DNA from: Chloroflexota bacterium
GTDB lineage: Bacteria; Chloroflexota; Limnocylindria; Limnocylindrales; CSP1-4
Direction: 5' to 3'
NCBI GenBank assembly: GCA_039933295.1
Contig: JBDTOJ010000202.1
Location: forward strand, 1-49,936
Length of the DNA: 49,936 nucleotides
The position numbers and the translations under genes are program-made. Shown here in pieces: positions 9,178 to 17,354 of the stretch. The notes under the pieces are model-generated. The model made no database searches. It had not been told where the DNA came from and saw nothing but the letters and a program-made list of their open reading frames with translations. Within the stretch, counting starts at the first letter, position 1. The number at the start of each line of letters is the position of its first letter.

Positions 9178-10223
9178 CTCCCGGTCGCTTCGGGCGCTGG
9201 CACGACGATTGCCTTTCGATAGTTCGCCCCGGTCTTGAGTCGGGTAAAGCCCACGGATTCGTACAACTGAACGGCGCCGGTGAGATTCTCGGCATCGGCA
9301 CCCAGCGCCGCCTCGGCCAGGCCAAGGTCTCGCAAACGGAGCAGCGAGCGTGCAATCAGGGCCGCAGCGAGACCGCGCCTCCGCCACGGCCTCCGAACCG
9401 AAATGTGCTCGAGCCATCCTCGGCTCACGCCCAGTCGCGCGTTCTCATTGGCATAGACGAAGTTCATGACGGATCCCGCCACTTCGTCGCCATCCCACGC
9501 AACCACCCAGAGCGACGTGTCGATGTCTGGATCCGCAAACCAGTGGGCGAAGTCCTCTTCGGTTCGAACCGTCGGGTCGCGGTGATCCTGGAATGCCTCT
9601 TCGTCGGCATCCCATATGGCCCGGTGGTCCTCCGGGCGGACCGGGCGGACCTCGATGCCATCGGGTAGTGGAGTCTCGGACATGGGCTCGGCCAATGGGC
9701 GAATCATGACAATCCCGTACCCGTTGATGTGGTAGCCGGCTCGCGTCGCAAGCTCCCGCGTTCCTCCTATCTCCACACCCGCCCAGCAGGACAGTACATG
9801 GGGCATGTTCGGCGGGCCCATCGTGCCCGATGACAGGCCGGTCATCACTCGCGACTCAGCCCAGGCGAGCAACGCTCGACCGAGCCCTCGACGACGGAAC
9901 TCCGGCCGGACCCAGAGCTCGACCGAATGGAAGACCCGGTCCGTGCGCACGCGCCAGCTGACCTGTGCCGCGCCGATCAGCGATCCGTCCACCTCCGCGA
10001 GCACGATATCCTCCGTTGGTGACATGCCTGCGGTGTGCTCGAAATCGTTGCGCAGCGATGCCTCGGTGGGGATCAAGTCGTCGTTGTCGTGCACATTGAC
10101 ATCCGCGATCAATGCGGCGAGTGGCCCCACGTCCCGTGCGAGATCGAGATGCCGGATCTGGAGCCCGTTCAGTGACGGAAAGCCGGACAGGTTGGTGATC
10201 TCCTGCGGACCGAGTGGTGTCAT
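9174..10223 (-). CDS. Tandem-domain GNAT acetyltransferase
   Basis: Two acetyl-CoA motifs, VRPEFRRRGLG and VRRPWRRRGLA. Confidence 0.88.
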   Translation of the reverse strand: MTPLGPQEITNLSGFPSLNGLQIRHLDLARDVGPLAALIADVNVHDNDDLIPTEASLRNDFEHTAGMSPTEDIVLAEVDGSLIGAAQVSWRVRTDRVFHSVELWVRPEFRRRGLGRALLAWAESRVMTGLSSGTMGPPNMPHVLSCWAGVEIGGTRELATRAGYHINGYGIVMIRPLAEPMSETPLPDGIEVRPVRPEDHRAIWDADEEAFQDHRDPTVRTEEDFAHWFADPDIDTSLWVVAWDGDEVAGSVMNFVYANENARLGVSRGWLEHISVRRPWRRRGLAAALIARSLLRLRDLGLAEAALGADAENLTGAVQLYESVGFTRLKTGANYRKAIVVPAPEATGS

Positions 10224-11311
10224 CGCTCATCTCCATATTTCTCGCGCATGTGGCGGCTGACGCTCTTCGAGATCACCGTCCACTTGCGGCGATCTGCCTG
10301 CCGAGCCACGACACTGTTGGCCAGCTCGGATCGGCGCGCCTCCTTCTGCAGATGCTCGAAGGCCTTGAAGCGGTCTGGATCGAGCGTGCCCTCGGCCAGG
10401 GCGGCGCGGATCGCGCAGCCCGGTTCCGAGTCGTGGCCGCAATCGCTGAATCGGCAGCCATGGGCCACCTGCTCGATGTCGTCGAACGCATTGGCGAGGC
10501 CGGCGCCATCGAGGAGGGCCAGCTGGCGCATGCCCGGGGTGTCGATGATCAGGCCGGATGCCAGCGGGACGAGCTGGCGACGGGTGGTGGTGTGGTGGCC
10601 GCGCGCATCGTCTTCGCGGATGCCGGAGGTCGTCATCAGCTCCTCGCCGGCGAGCGCGTTGACGAGCGTTGACTTGCCGACGCCCGACGATCCGATGAAC
10701 GCAACGGTCCGGCCCGGGCTGAGGTGCGCCCGGATGTCGTCGATCCCTTCGCCGGCAAGCGCCGAGGTCACGATCACTTCGACCCCCGGGGCCACGCTCT
10801 CGACCATTGCGCGGTGGCCGTCCCGATCGTCGTCCAGGTCGGCCTTGGAGAGAACGACCACGGGGGTCGCGCCAGACTCCCAGGCGATCGCCAGGTAGCG
10901 TTCGACGCGACGAAGGTTGAGCTCGTCGTTCAGTGAACTGACGATGAACACGATATCCACGTTCGCGGCAATGATCTGGGCGACCGTCCGGTGATCGGTC
11001 GGAGCGCGCCGGACGATCACGGTTCGACGCGTCAGGACCGCGTGGATCGTCGCTCGCTCGCCGGCTGGGGCCTGTCCAAGGGCAACCCAGTCGCCGACGG
11101 CCGGAAAGGCCAGGGCATCACCGTTGGAGTCATGCCGCAGCCGCCCCGAGACATACGCCGGCCGCGGCTTCTCGCCATCGTGAACGATGAAGGCGCCGCG
11201 CTCCTCGGCCACAACGCGTGCCGGAACGTGACCGGCGGCGGCATGGACGCCGAACGTGTCCGCGAATGTCGCGTCCCAGCCGATGGCCGCAAGGGCGGTC
11301 GCGCTGGTCAC
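10220..11311 (-). CDS. rsgA: Ribosome small subunit-dependent GTPase A
   Basis: Circularly permuted GTPase: SKAD, GSSGVGKST, HTTT, DTPG, and the Zn finger CRFSDCGHDSEPGC. Confidence 0.95.
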   Translation of the reverse strand: MTSATALAAIGWDATFADTFGVHAAAGHVPARVVAEERGAFIVHDGEKPRPAYVSGRLRHDSNGDALAFPAVGDWVALGQAPAGERATIHAVLTRRTVIVRRAPTDHRTVAQIIAANVDIVFIVSSLNDELNLRRVERYLAIAWESGATPVVVLSKADLDDDRDGHRAMVESVAPGVEVIVTSALAGEGIDDIRAHLSPGRTVAFIGSSGVGKSTLVNALAGEELMTTSGIREDDARGHHTTTRRQLVPLASGLIIDTPGMRQLALLDGAGLANAFDDIEQVAHGCRFSDCGHDSEPGCAIRAALAEGTLDPDRFKAFEHLQKEARRSELANSVVARQADRRKWTVISKSVSRHMREKYGDER

Positions 11312-12336
11312 GACGTCGTTACCGTGTCGAGATTTCCTGCCGGCCTCGGGAGTCGGCTGCGCAACTCGTACTCGAACATCTCACTGACGACCCGGAATCC
11401 GAGGTCTTCGTAGAGGGTCTGCGCTTCATTCGGATTCTGCGTATCGACACCGAGGCCCGCGCGCGTGGCTCCTGCATCGCGAACCGCCCGCAGGCTTGCC
11501 GCGAGCAACGCCCGCGCCAGCCCTCGACGGCGATACTCGGGCTGCACCGAGATCGCCTCGGTCATCCCGAGTCGCGTCCCATCGTCGTCGGCCTCGTCCA
11601 TGAAGTTCAGGATCTGTCCTGCGATCGTCTCGCCGTCGAATGCCACGCGCCACAGTGATGGGTTGAAGATCGGGGCATTGATGAACGCGTCAAAGAGGGC
11701 CTCCGAGGTCGCTTCCTGGCCATAGGAACCGGCGAACGCCCGAGCATCGGCTTCGAAGACCCGGCGATGCATCGCCCGATCCTGCGGGTCGATCGGTCGG
11801 ATCTCGAAGGGGGAGGGCATTGGGAGATCGGGGATGTCATCAAGGGCTGGTCGGATCAGCTGCGCGAAACGTCGGGTGAGGACGAACCCGCGTGCTTCGA
11901 GGCGCTGCCGCTGTTCAGGGTCCGTTCCCGTGGCGAAACCCATGACCCGCGTGGTCTGGGTCCGGTCGGCGGCCGCGACGAGGACCGATGCCCGCCGGAG
12001 CGCCTGGTCCAGCAGGAGCTCCTCGATGCCGATCCCTCGAAGGCCCGGATCGACGTTCATGACGCAGTCCACCTGACCGGTGCCGTCGGCCATCGGTTGC
12101 CACGACGTTCGGCCATACGCGACGACGCGACCGTCGAGTTCGACGAGCGCACAGTCACGGGGCAGATCGGCATGCTCGAGGTGCCCGTAGTAGTTGTCCA
12201 TGTCGGCCACGGTGCCGTAGTCGGGATCGCCGTTGGACGCCCGCACGGCGTTCGCGACGTCATTCATGGCGGGGTGATCCTCCGGGCCGCGATAGGCCCG
12301 GAGGAGGAGATTCGGATTCGCGAGCTTCGGATCCAT
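11308..12336 (-). CDS. Tandem-domain GNAT acetyltransferase (paralog of 9174-10223)
   Basis: VDPGLRGIGI and VQPEYRRRGLA motifs. Alternative TTG start at 12345. Confidence 0.87.
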   Translation of the reverse strand: MDPKLANPNLLLRAYRGPEDHPAMNDVANAVRASNGDPDYGTVADMDNYYGHLEHADLPRDCALVELDGRVVAYGRTSWQPMADGTGQVDCVMNVDPGLRGIGIEELLLDQALRRASVLVAAADRTQTTRVMGFATGTDPEQRQRLEARGFVLTRRFAQLIRPALDDIPDLPMPSPFEIRPIDPQDRAMHRRVFEADARAFAGSYGQEATSEALFDAFINAPIFNPSLWRVAFDGETIAGQILNFMDEADDDGTRLGMTEAISVQPEYRRRGLARALLAASLRAVRDAGATRAGLGVDTQNPNEAQTLYEDLGFRVVSEMFEYELRSRLPRPAGNLDTVTTS

Positions 12337-12337
12337 G

Positions 12338-13141
12338 TCAGCCAACTCGCTTCAACTTGCCGGTCCGCTTGGCGTACTTCTCGGCTCGGCCGAAGGCCCA
12401 CAGCCCTACCGGGATCATGATGATTCCCATGACCACGAGCGGCCACGCATCGCCCAGGAGATCGCCGACGGGCACGCCGTCGATCAGGCCGCGGCGGACG
12501 CCGTCGATGGCATACGTCGCGGGAGACAGGCGCGAGATCACTTGCATCCAGCCCGGCAGGATGTCGACGGAGTAGTAGACGCCACTGACAAGCAGCAGCA
12601 CGGATTGCAGGACGAACGTCATCTGCGCGCCTCGCTCCACGTACAAGAGCGGCAGGATCGCGGCGAGCATCGCGATCCCGACGAAGCTGAACGAGCCGAG
12701 GACCATGAACACGACGACCGTGAGCGGGTTGGCGTTCGCGGCAGCCAGGTCCGGGAAGAACAGCAGCATGGCGATCAGGATCGCGATCGTGTGGATCACG
12801 CCGTAGCCCATTGCGTAGGCCACCGAGCCCAGGAGCTGGGTGGACCGATGAACGGGCGCCATCATCGTGTACTCGAGCGTGCCCTCCCAGCGCTCCACCG
12901 CGATCGTTTCGGCGATCCAGCTGAACACGACCGAAAGGTAGTTCCAGAAGATCGCCCCGACGATCAGGGTGAGGAGCAGCCGGGGATTGCCCGACTCAGC
13001 GCCGATGAGCGAGATCGAGAGGGCGCCCGCGGCCGAGTAGACCAGGAACGCGACCTCCCAGCCCCAGTAGCGCCGGGTCAGGAAGAAGTTTCGTTCGATG
13101 AAGGCATACGAAGCCTTGAGTTCGTGTGTCAGGAGCGTCAT
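12338..13141 (-). CDS. ABC-2 type exporter permease
   Basis: About six hydrophobic segments, ERWEGTLEY motif, SGVYY...LPGW. GAAAGG ribosome-binding site before ATG 13141. Confidence 0.9.
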   Translation of the reverse strand: MTLLTHELKASYAFIERNFFLTRRYWGWEVAFLVYSAAGALSISLIGAESGNPRLLLTLIVGAIFWNYLSVVFSWIAETIAVERWEGTLEYTMMAPVHRSTQLLGSVAYAMGYGVIHTIAILIAMLLFFPDLAAANANPLTVVVFMVLGSFSFVGIAMLAAILPLLYVERGAQMTFVLQSVLLLVSGVYYSVDILPGWMQVISRLSPATYAIDGVRRGLIDGVPVGDLLGDAWPLVVMGIIMIPVGLWAFGRAEKYAKRTGKLKRVG

Positions 13142-13178
13142 CGGACGTGCCTTTCGAGGTTGGTACCTGCCCGGCCCC

Positions 13179-13382
13179 TCAGCGGGACCGGGCAGGACGG
13201 AGGTTCGGCTCCGCTTCGAGCCGCTCACCGAGCTGGATCAGCTGGCGGGCTGCGCGGAGGCGGAGCGGTAGACGGTGGCGGCGCCGAGCCTGATCGGCCA
13301 GGCGCGCCTCCGTGGCGTAGCGGTGTTCGCGAGCGATCCGATCGTTCACGAGCCGCAGCCGGATGTCGGCGTTGCGAAGCAT
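13179..13382 (-). CDS. Small basic helical protein of unknown function (67 aa)
   Basis: Strong GAAAGGA ribosome-binding site. Fills the gap between the ATPase and permease genes on the same strand. Confidence 0.65.
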   Translation of the reverse strand: MLRNADIRLRLVNDRIAREHRYATEARLADQARRRHRLPLRLRAARQLIQLGERLEAEPNLRPARSR

Positions 13383-13396
13383 GGTGGTTCCTTTCG

Positions 13397-14299
13397 TCAG
13401 TCGGCCCCGTCGGCCGGGTCGGCGGCGTCATCCTCGACATCGTCGTCGAGGGATCGGCCGGTGTAGGTCATGAACACGTTGTGGAGCGTCGGCTCCTGGC
13501 CGTGGGCCTCAGCGACGAGTCGCTTCAACCCTGCCGGGGTGTCAAGGGCGACAACACGCCCATCGTTGAGGACGGCGATCCGATCGCACAAACGGTCCGC
13601 CTCCTCGAGGTCGTGGGTCGTGAGCACGATGGATGTGTCGTGGTTTGTCCGGACATCCTCGATGAATGCCTGGACATCGAGCTTCGACCGAGGGTCGAGG
13701 CCGGTCGTCGGTTCATCGAGCAGCAGGAGCGTCGGGCTGGTCAGGAGGGCGCGTGCGATGGCGACCTTCTGTTGCATCCCTCGGCTCATCTGCTCGACCG
13801 GTCGATCAATGCGCTTGCGCGCGATGCCGAGCCGTTCGAGGATCTCGATCGCCTCACGGCGGGCCCGTCCCGCATCCAGGCCATACAGCCGGGCTGCGAA
13901 GAGCAGGTTCTCCATCGGGCTGAGCTTCTTGAAGAAGGCGGCATCGACGCTGACGCGGTTGATGAGCCGTTTGACGGCCATCTCCTCGCGCTGCAGGTCA
14001 TGCCCGAACACCTCGACCCGACCTTCATCGAGCGTGAGGAGACCGGAAATGAGCCGGATGAGCGTTGACTTGCCCGAACCGTTCGCCCCCAGGATTCCGA
14101 CGATCCCGCCCCGCTCAAGGCGGAGGGAGACATCGACGATCGCAAGGACGGGACGCTTCGAACGGCCCACATGGAACCGCTTGGTCACTCCCTCGACGAG
14201 GAGGGCGGGAACGGCGATCTCACTACCTTCGGCCCGAGCCTCGACGGCCAGGCGATCCGGAGCAACTGTCTTCGATTGTCCGAGTAGCGTGGCTGCCAT
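13397..14299 (-). CDS. ABC exporter ATP-binding protein (DrrA/NodI-like)
   Basis: Walker A GANGSGKST, signature MSRGMQQK, LLLDEPTTGLD, and H-loop TTHDLEEA. Confidence 0.93.
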   Translation of the reverse strand: MAATLLGQSKTVAPDRLAVEARAEGSEIAVPALLVEGVTKRFHVGRSKRPVLAIVDVSLRLERGGIVGILGANGSGKSTLIRLISGLLTLDEGRVEVFGHDLQREEMAVKRLINRVSVDAAFFKKLSPMENLLFAARLYGLDAGRARREAIEILERLGIARKRIDRPVEQMSRGMQQKVAIARALLTSPTLLLLDEPTTGLDPRSKLDVQAFIEDVRTNHDTSIVLTTHDLEEADRLCDRIAVLNDGRVVALDTPAGLKRLVAEAHGQEPTLHNVFMTYTGRSLDDDVEDDAADPADGAD

Positions 14300-14472
14300 G
14301 GTGGTTGGTCCTCTGTCTGGCGGATCGCCGGGAGGCGGTACCGCCCGGTGGCTGAGATGCCTGAATGCGGTGTTTCGGGTCCCCGACACTGCATGAGCCG
14401 TGACCCGATCCCCGTGCCTTCGCATCGGGTGGGCTCACGGCTCACGGATGGCCTCGACGTCTCGAGAGCATC

Positions 14473-14506
14473 AAAAAAGCCGGGGGCCCGATCTGGCCCA
14501 CGGCTC
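14473..14506 (-). terminator. Intrinsic terminator inside the 5' leader of the ABC operon
   Basis: Minus strand GAGCCG-T-GGGCC-AGATCG-GGCCC-C-CGGC followed by TTTTTT. Confidence 0.8.
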
Positions 14507-14543
14507 GTGGTGTCGTTGGTGGAGCGGTACTACCGCCCGACAA

Positions 14544-14627
14544 CTACCTCGAGGAAGGCGCAGATCTCCCGCGATCAGCGGCGCCGACGGGCGCGATCGT
14601 GGGCACGAAGAGGAACATCTTGTTCAT
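14544..14627 (-). CDS. Putative leader peptide MNKMFLFVPTIAPVGAADRGRSAPSSR (27 aa)
   Basis: GGAGGG ribosome-binding site 9 nt before the ATG. Lies between a sigma70-type promoter and an intrinsic terminator. Confidence 0.6.
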   Translation of the reverse strand: MNKMFLFVPTIAPVGAADRGRSAPSSR

Positions 14628-14681
14628 CTTTGGCCGCCCTCCGTACAGGTGCTGTCGGCGCGGAACCCGCGTCGGTCGCGG

Positions 14682-14711
14682 AGTGTAGGCGTCCGCCCCC
14701 GGCGATGTCAA
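14682..14711 (-). promoter_or_regulatory. Sigma70-type promoter TTGACA-N18-TACACT for the leader/ABC operon
   Basis: Read directly on the minus strand. The -35 overlaps the sulfurtransferase stop codon. Confidence 0.7.
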
Positions 14712-15619
14712 CTACCGGGCGCGCGTCCGGGTTCTTGCCCGACGACAACGGGCTCGCCGGCCGTCGACCAGTCGCTGTAACTGCCGGGGTAGAGGATCGG
14801 GCTGGGGAGTCCGGCGATGCGCATTGCCAGGGCGTTGTGGCAGGCCGATACGCCACTTCCGCAGGACGTGACCATTGACCGTGCGGGCTCCGCGGCGTCA
14901 CCGAAGCCGTTCGCGGCGGCTTCGAGGCGGAGTGCACCGAAGCGGTCGGCGAGTGCTGAGGGCTGGAGAAATCGACCATCCGTCCCGAGGTTGCCGTCGA
15001 CCGGCGCGTTCAGGGCCGTGGGGATGTGCCCCGGCGTCGGATCAATCGGCTCGATCTCACCGCGATATCGCGGTCCTGCCCGTGCATCGAGAAGGACAAC
15101 CGTGCCGAGCTGCGTGGTCAGTTTCGCTCGATCGACCACCCGACCCCAGCTCGACCGCAGGTGGAGCATTGCTGGGGGCGGGTCATGAGGCTCGATGGAC
15201 AACGCCCGTCCCTCCGCCAGCCAGGCCTGGATGCCGCCGTCGAGGACTGCCGAGCCGCCGCCTGCGCTCCCGTCTCCGAAACCCAGGTCGTCGAGCATCC
15301 ACCAGAGGCGGGCAGCCACCCACCCGCCGACATCGTCGTAGATCACCACGAGGTCATCGTTGCCGACGCCACGGCGGCCCATGGTCGCGACGAATACCGA
15401 CGGATCGGGGAGTGGATGCCGCCCCGGACCTGAGGTGGCCACGAGATCCGTATCGAGATCAACGTGGATGGCGCCGGGAATGTGGCCCTTCTCGAACGCC
15501 GCGCGACCCGTTCCGATCGGCTGCCCGAGATACCAACGGGCGTCCACGACCCGAAGATCCTTGCGGCCGGCGTCAATCCATTCCGCCAGTTCGGCGGTGG
15601 AAACGAGAGGCTGATGCAT
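14708..15619 (-). CDS. sseA: Sulfurtransferase (tandem rhodanese, SseA-like)
   Basis: GHIPGA, GRHPLP, VVIYDD...AARLWW, CGSGVSAC and YPGSYSDW. Confidence 0.92.
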   Translation of the reverse strand: MHQPLVSTAELAEWIDAGRKDLRVVDARWYLGQPIGTGRAAFEKGHIPGAIHVDLDTDLVATSGPGRHPLPDPSVFVATMGRRGVGNDDLVVIYDDVGGWVAARLWWMLDDLGFGDGSAGGGSAVLDGGIQAWLAEGRALSIEPHDPPPAMLHLRSSWGRVVDRAKLTTQLGTVVLLDARAGPRYRGEIEPIDPTPGHIPTALNAPVDGNLGTDGRFLQPSALADRFGALRLEAAANGFGDAAEPARSMVTSCGSGVSACHNALAMRIAGLPSPILYPGSYSDWSTAGEPVVVGQEPGRAPGS

Positions 15620-15722
15620 CTCACGAGTATGCAGCGGCCGGGGTAGGGACCCTCTGGTATTCTTCGCCCGGCACGTGGCCTTCGGGCCCGGCGCGGCGGT
15701 CGCCTCGGCGGCCCCAATCGGT

Positions 15723-15796
15723 CCGGCGTAGCTCAGTGGTAGAGCGGGCGACTGTTAATCGCTTGGTCGTAAGTTCGAATCTTACCGCCGGAGCCA
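15723..15796 (+). tRNA. tRNA-Asn (GTT)
   Basis: Acceptor stem TCCGGCG/CGCCGGA, anticodon arm GGCGA-CTGTTAA-TCGCT, T-loop TTCGAAT, encoded CCA. Confidence 0.97.
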
Positions 15797-15851
15797 TTCC
15801 TTGTGAGGACGTTGGTCGGGTTTTGACTACCCGTGAGACGAGGTTGGCCAC

Positions 15852-17249
15852 CTACGACGCGTGATCGCCCTTCGCCTTCGATCGTGTCATCGCCCGTCGT
15901 TTCTTGTCGTTGTACATCGCCGAGTCGGCTCGATCGATCGCGTCCCGCAACGGCTCACCTGGGGGTGAGGTCGCTGCCCCGACGGATAGCACAACGGCCG
16001 GAAGTCCATTTGCCCGCACGCGTCGGGCGGTCGCGCGCACACGAGCTACGAACCGCGCCGCGCCCGCCGCGTCCGTTTCCGGAAGCATGATCAGGAACTC
16101 GTCACCGCCAACCCGGGCGACACGATCCGAGGTCCGAGCTTCGTTGCGGAGCAGGCGGGCCGTTGCCTTGATGATCTCGTCCCCGGCGGCATGGCCGTCC
16201 CGATCATTCGTCGCCTTCAGGTTGTCCAAGTCCGCGCTGATGACCGAAACCGGGGTCGGGTTGCGCTGTCGGCGGGCTTCCTCGACTTTGACGATATCGT
16301 CCCAGGCCGTCCGGTTCTCGATGCCCGTCAGGGGATCCAGCCGTGCCTCACGCGCGAACCTGTCCCGCTCCGCCGTCAGTTCCTCCCTCGATATCGCCTG
16401 GATAAGCAGTGACTCGGCAGCCTGCGCGAGTGCGTTTCCGATGCGCTGACACAGATTCGTGAAGCCGCGGGAACGTTCTGCGGCATGGGCGACGACCAGG
16501 ACCCCGAATGGGTTCGGTGACCCGATCGGGATCGCAAAGCGAGCCACGAGGCCATGGTCTCTCCCGAGGGCGTCTACGGCTCCGGCTTCGAGCTCCTGCT
16601 CAAGAACCGAGCCGGATCCTGTCCGCTCGAACAGGCTGACAAGTGAATCGCGGATGGCGTCAGGCTCGAGGCGGGTTGGCCAGTCGAGCGTCACGACTTC
16701 GGCGATGGTGGCCCCCTGGTGGCGGACGAGAATCGCTCCGACCTCGCAGGACAACGGTTCGGCAGCGAACCGAGCGATATGGCGAGCGGTCTCGCTGAGC
16801 ATTTCGGGCCGATAGTCCATCAGCGCGCGGATTGCGTGAACGACCTCGAGTTCATCAGCCAGGAGTTTGGCCGGCGAAATCTGCCCAAGGTTGGCCACCG
16901 CATTGGCCGCGACCGGAAGCAGCATTGTGTCCGTGGGGCTGATGGGTTCGGGTCCTCCAAACACGACCAGGTGGTCGCCACTGACCGGAATGAGGACTGC
17001 GAAACGCGCCCAGTAGGGTCCGATGATCCGGACGGGTTCTGCGTCACCACCGACACGGGCCGCCTGGCCGGATTGATGGACCCGGGCAGCCAGTGACTCA
17101 CCAGACGCGGGGAGGTCAACGATCCCGTTCCACCCGACCCCGCGGCCGCTCCCGCCGGCCAGACTGAATCCCTCGGACGACACGCGGAAGATCAGCGTGT
17201 CCTGTGCGACGTTCGGGCCCCCGCCTTCAAATCGCAATGGTGTGGTCAT
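15852..17249 (-). CDS. Diguanylate cyclase with N-terminal GAF-like sensor region
   Basis: DLDNLKATND..GH..GD, intact GGDEF, and RxxD I-site (RTSD) five residues upstream. Confidence 0.9.
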   Translation of the reverse strand: MTTPLRFEGGGPNVAQDTLIFRVSSEGFSLAGGSGRGVGWNGIVDLPASGESLAARVHQSGQAARVGGDAEPVRIIGPYWARFAVLIPVSGDHLVVFGGPEPISPTDTMLLPVAANAVANLGQISPAKLLADELEVVHAIRALMDYRPEMLSETARHIARFAAEPLSCEVGAILVRHQGATIAEVVTLDWPTRLEPDAIRDSLVSLFERTGSGSVLEQELEAGAVDALGRDHGLVARFAIPIGSPNPFGVLVVAHAAERSRGFTNLCQRIGNALAQAAESLLIQAISREELTAERDRFAREARLDPLTGIENRTAWDDIVKVEEARRQRNPTPVSVISADLDNLKATNDRDGHAAGDEIIKATARLLRNEARTSDRVARVGGDEFLIMLPETDAAGAARFVARVRATARRVRANGLPAVVLSVGAATSPPGEPLRDAIDRADSAMYNDKKRRAMTRSKAKGDHAS

Positions 17250-17315
17250 TGCCTCTACACCCTACTCCGATTGCATTGACGAAATCGGTCGGATTGGCGA
17301 AATCAGGCCGCTCGG

Positions 17316-17332
17316 TCTCAGAAACATCTCAG
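17316..17332 (+). promoter_or_regulatory. TCTCAG-N5-TCTCAG direct repeat (OmpR/MprA-type box)
   Basis: 11-bp-period direct repeat at the -35 position of the ferric reductase gene. A second copy lies at 20159-20175. Confidence 0.65.
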
Positions 17333-17354
17333 GAGTGATCCACACGATGGGGCC

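Noticed and set aside
15660-15722. GC hairpins (including a UUCG loop) before tRNA-Asn
   Set aside because: Most simply the tRNA precursor leader downstream of a TATTCT -10. No known RNA motif recognised.
15852-17249. Diguanylate cyclase as a novelty
   Set aside because: Ordinary sensor-GGDEF architecture with intact active and I-sites. The N-terminal domain identity needs a profile search, but nothing else flags it.
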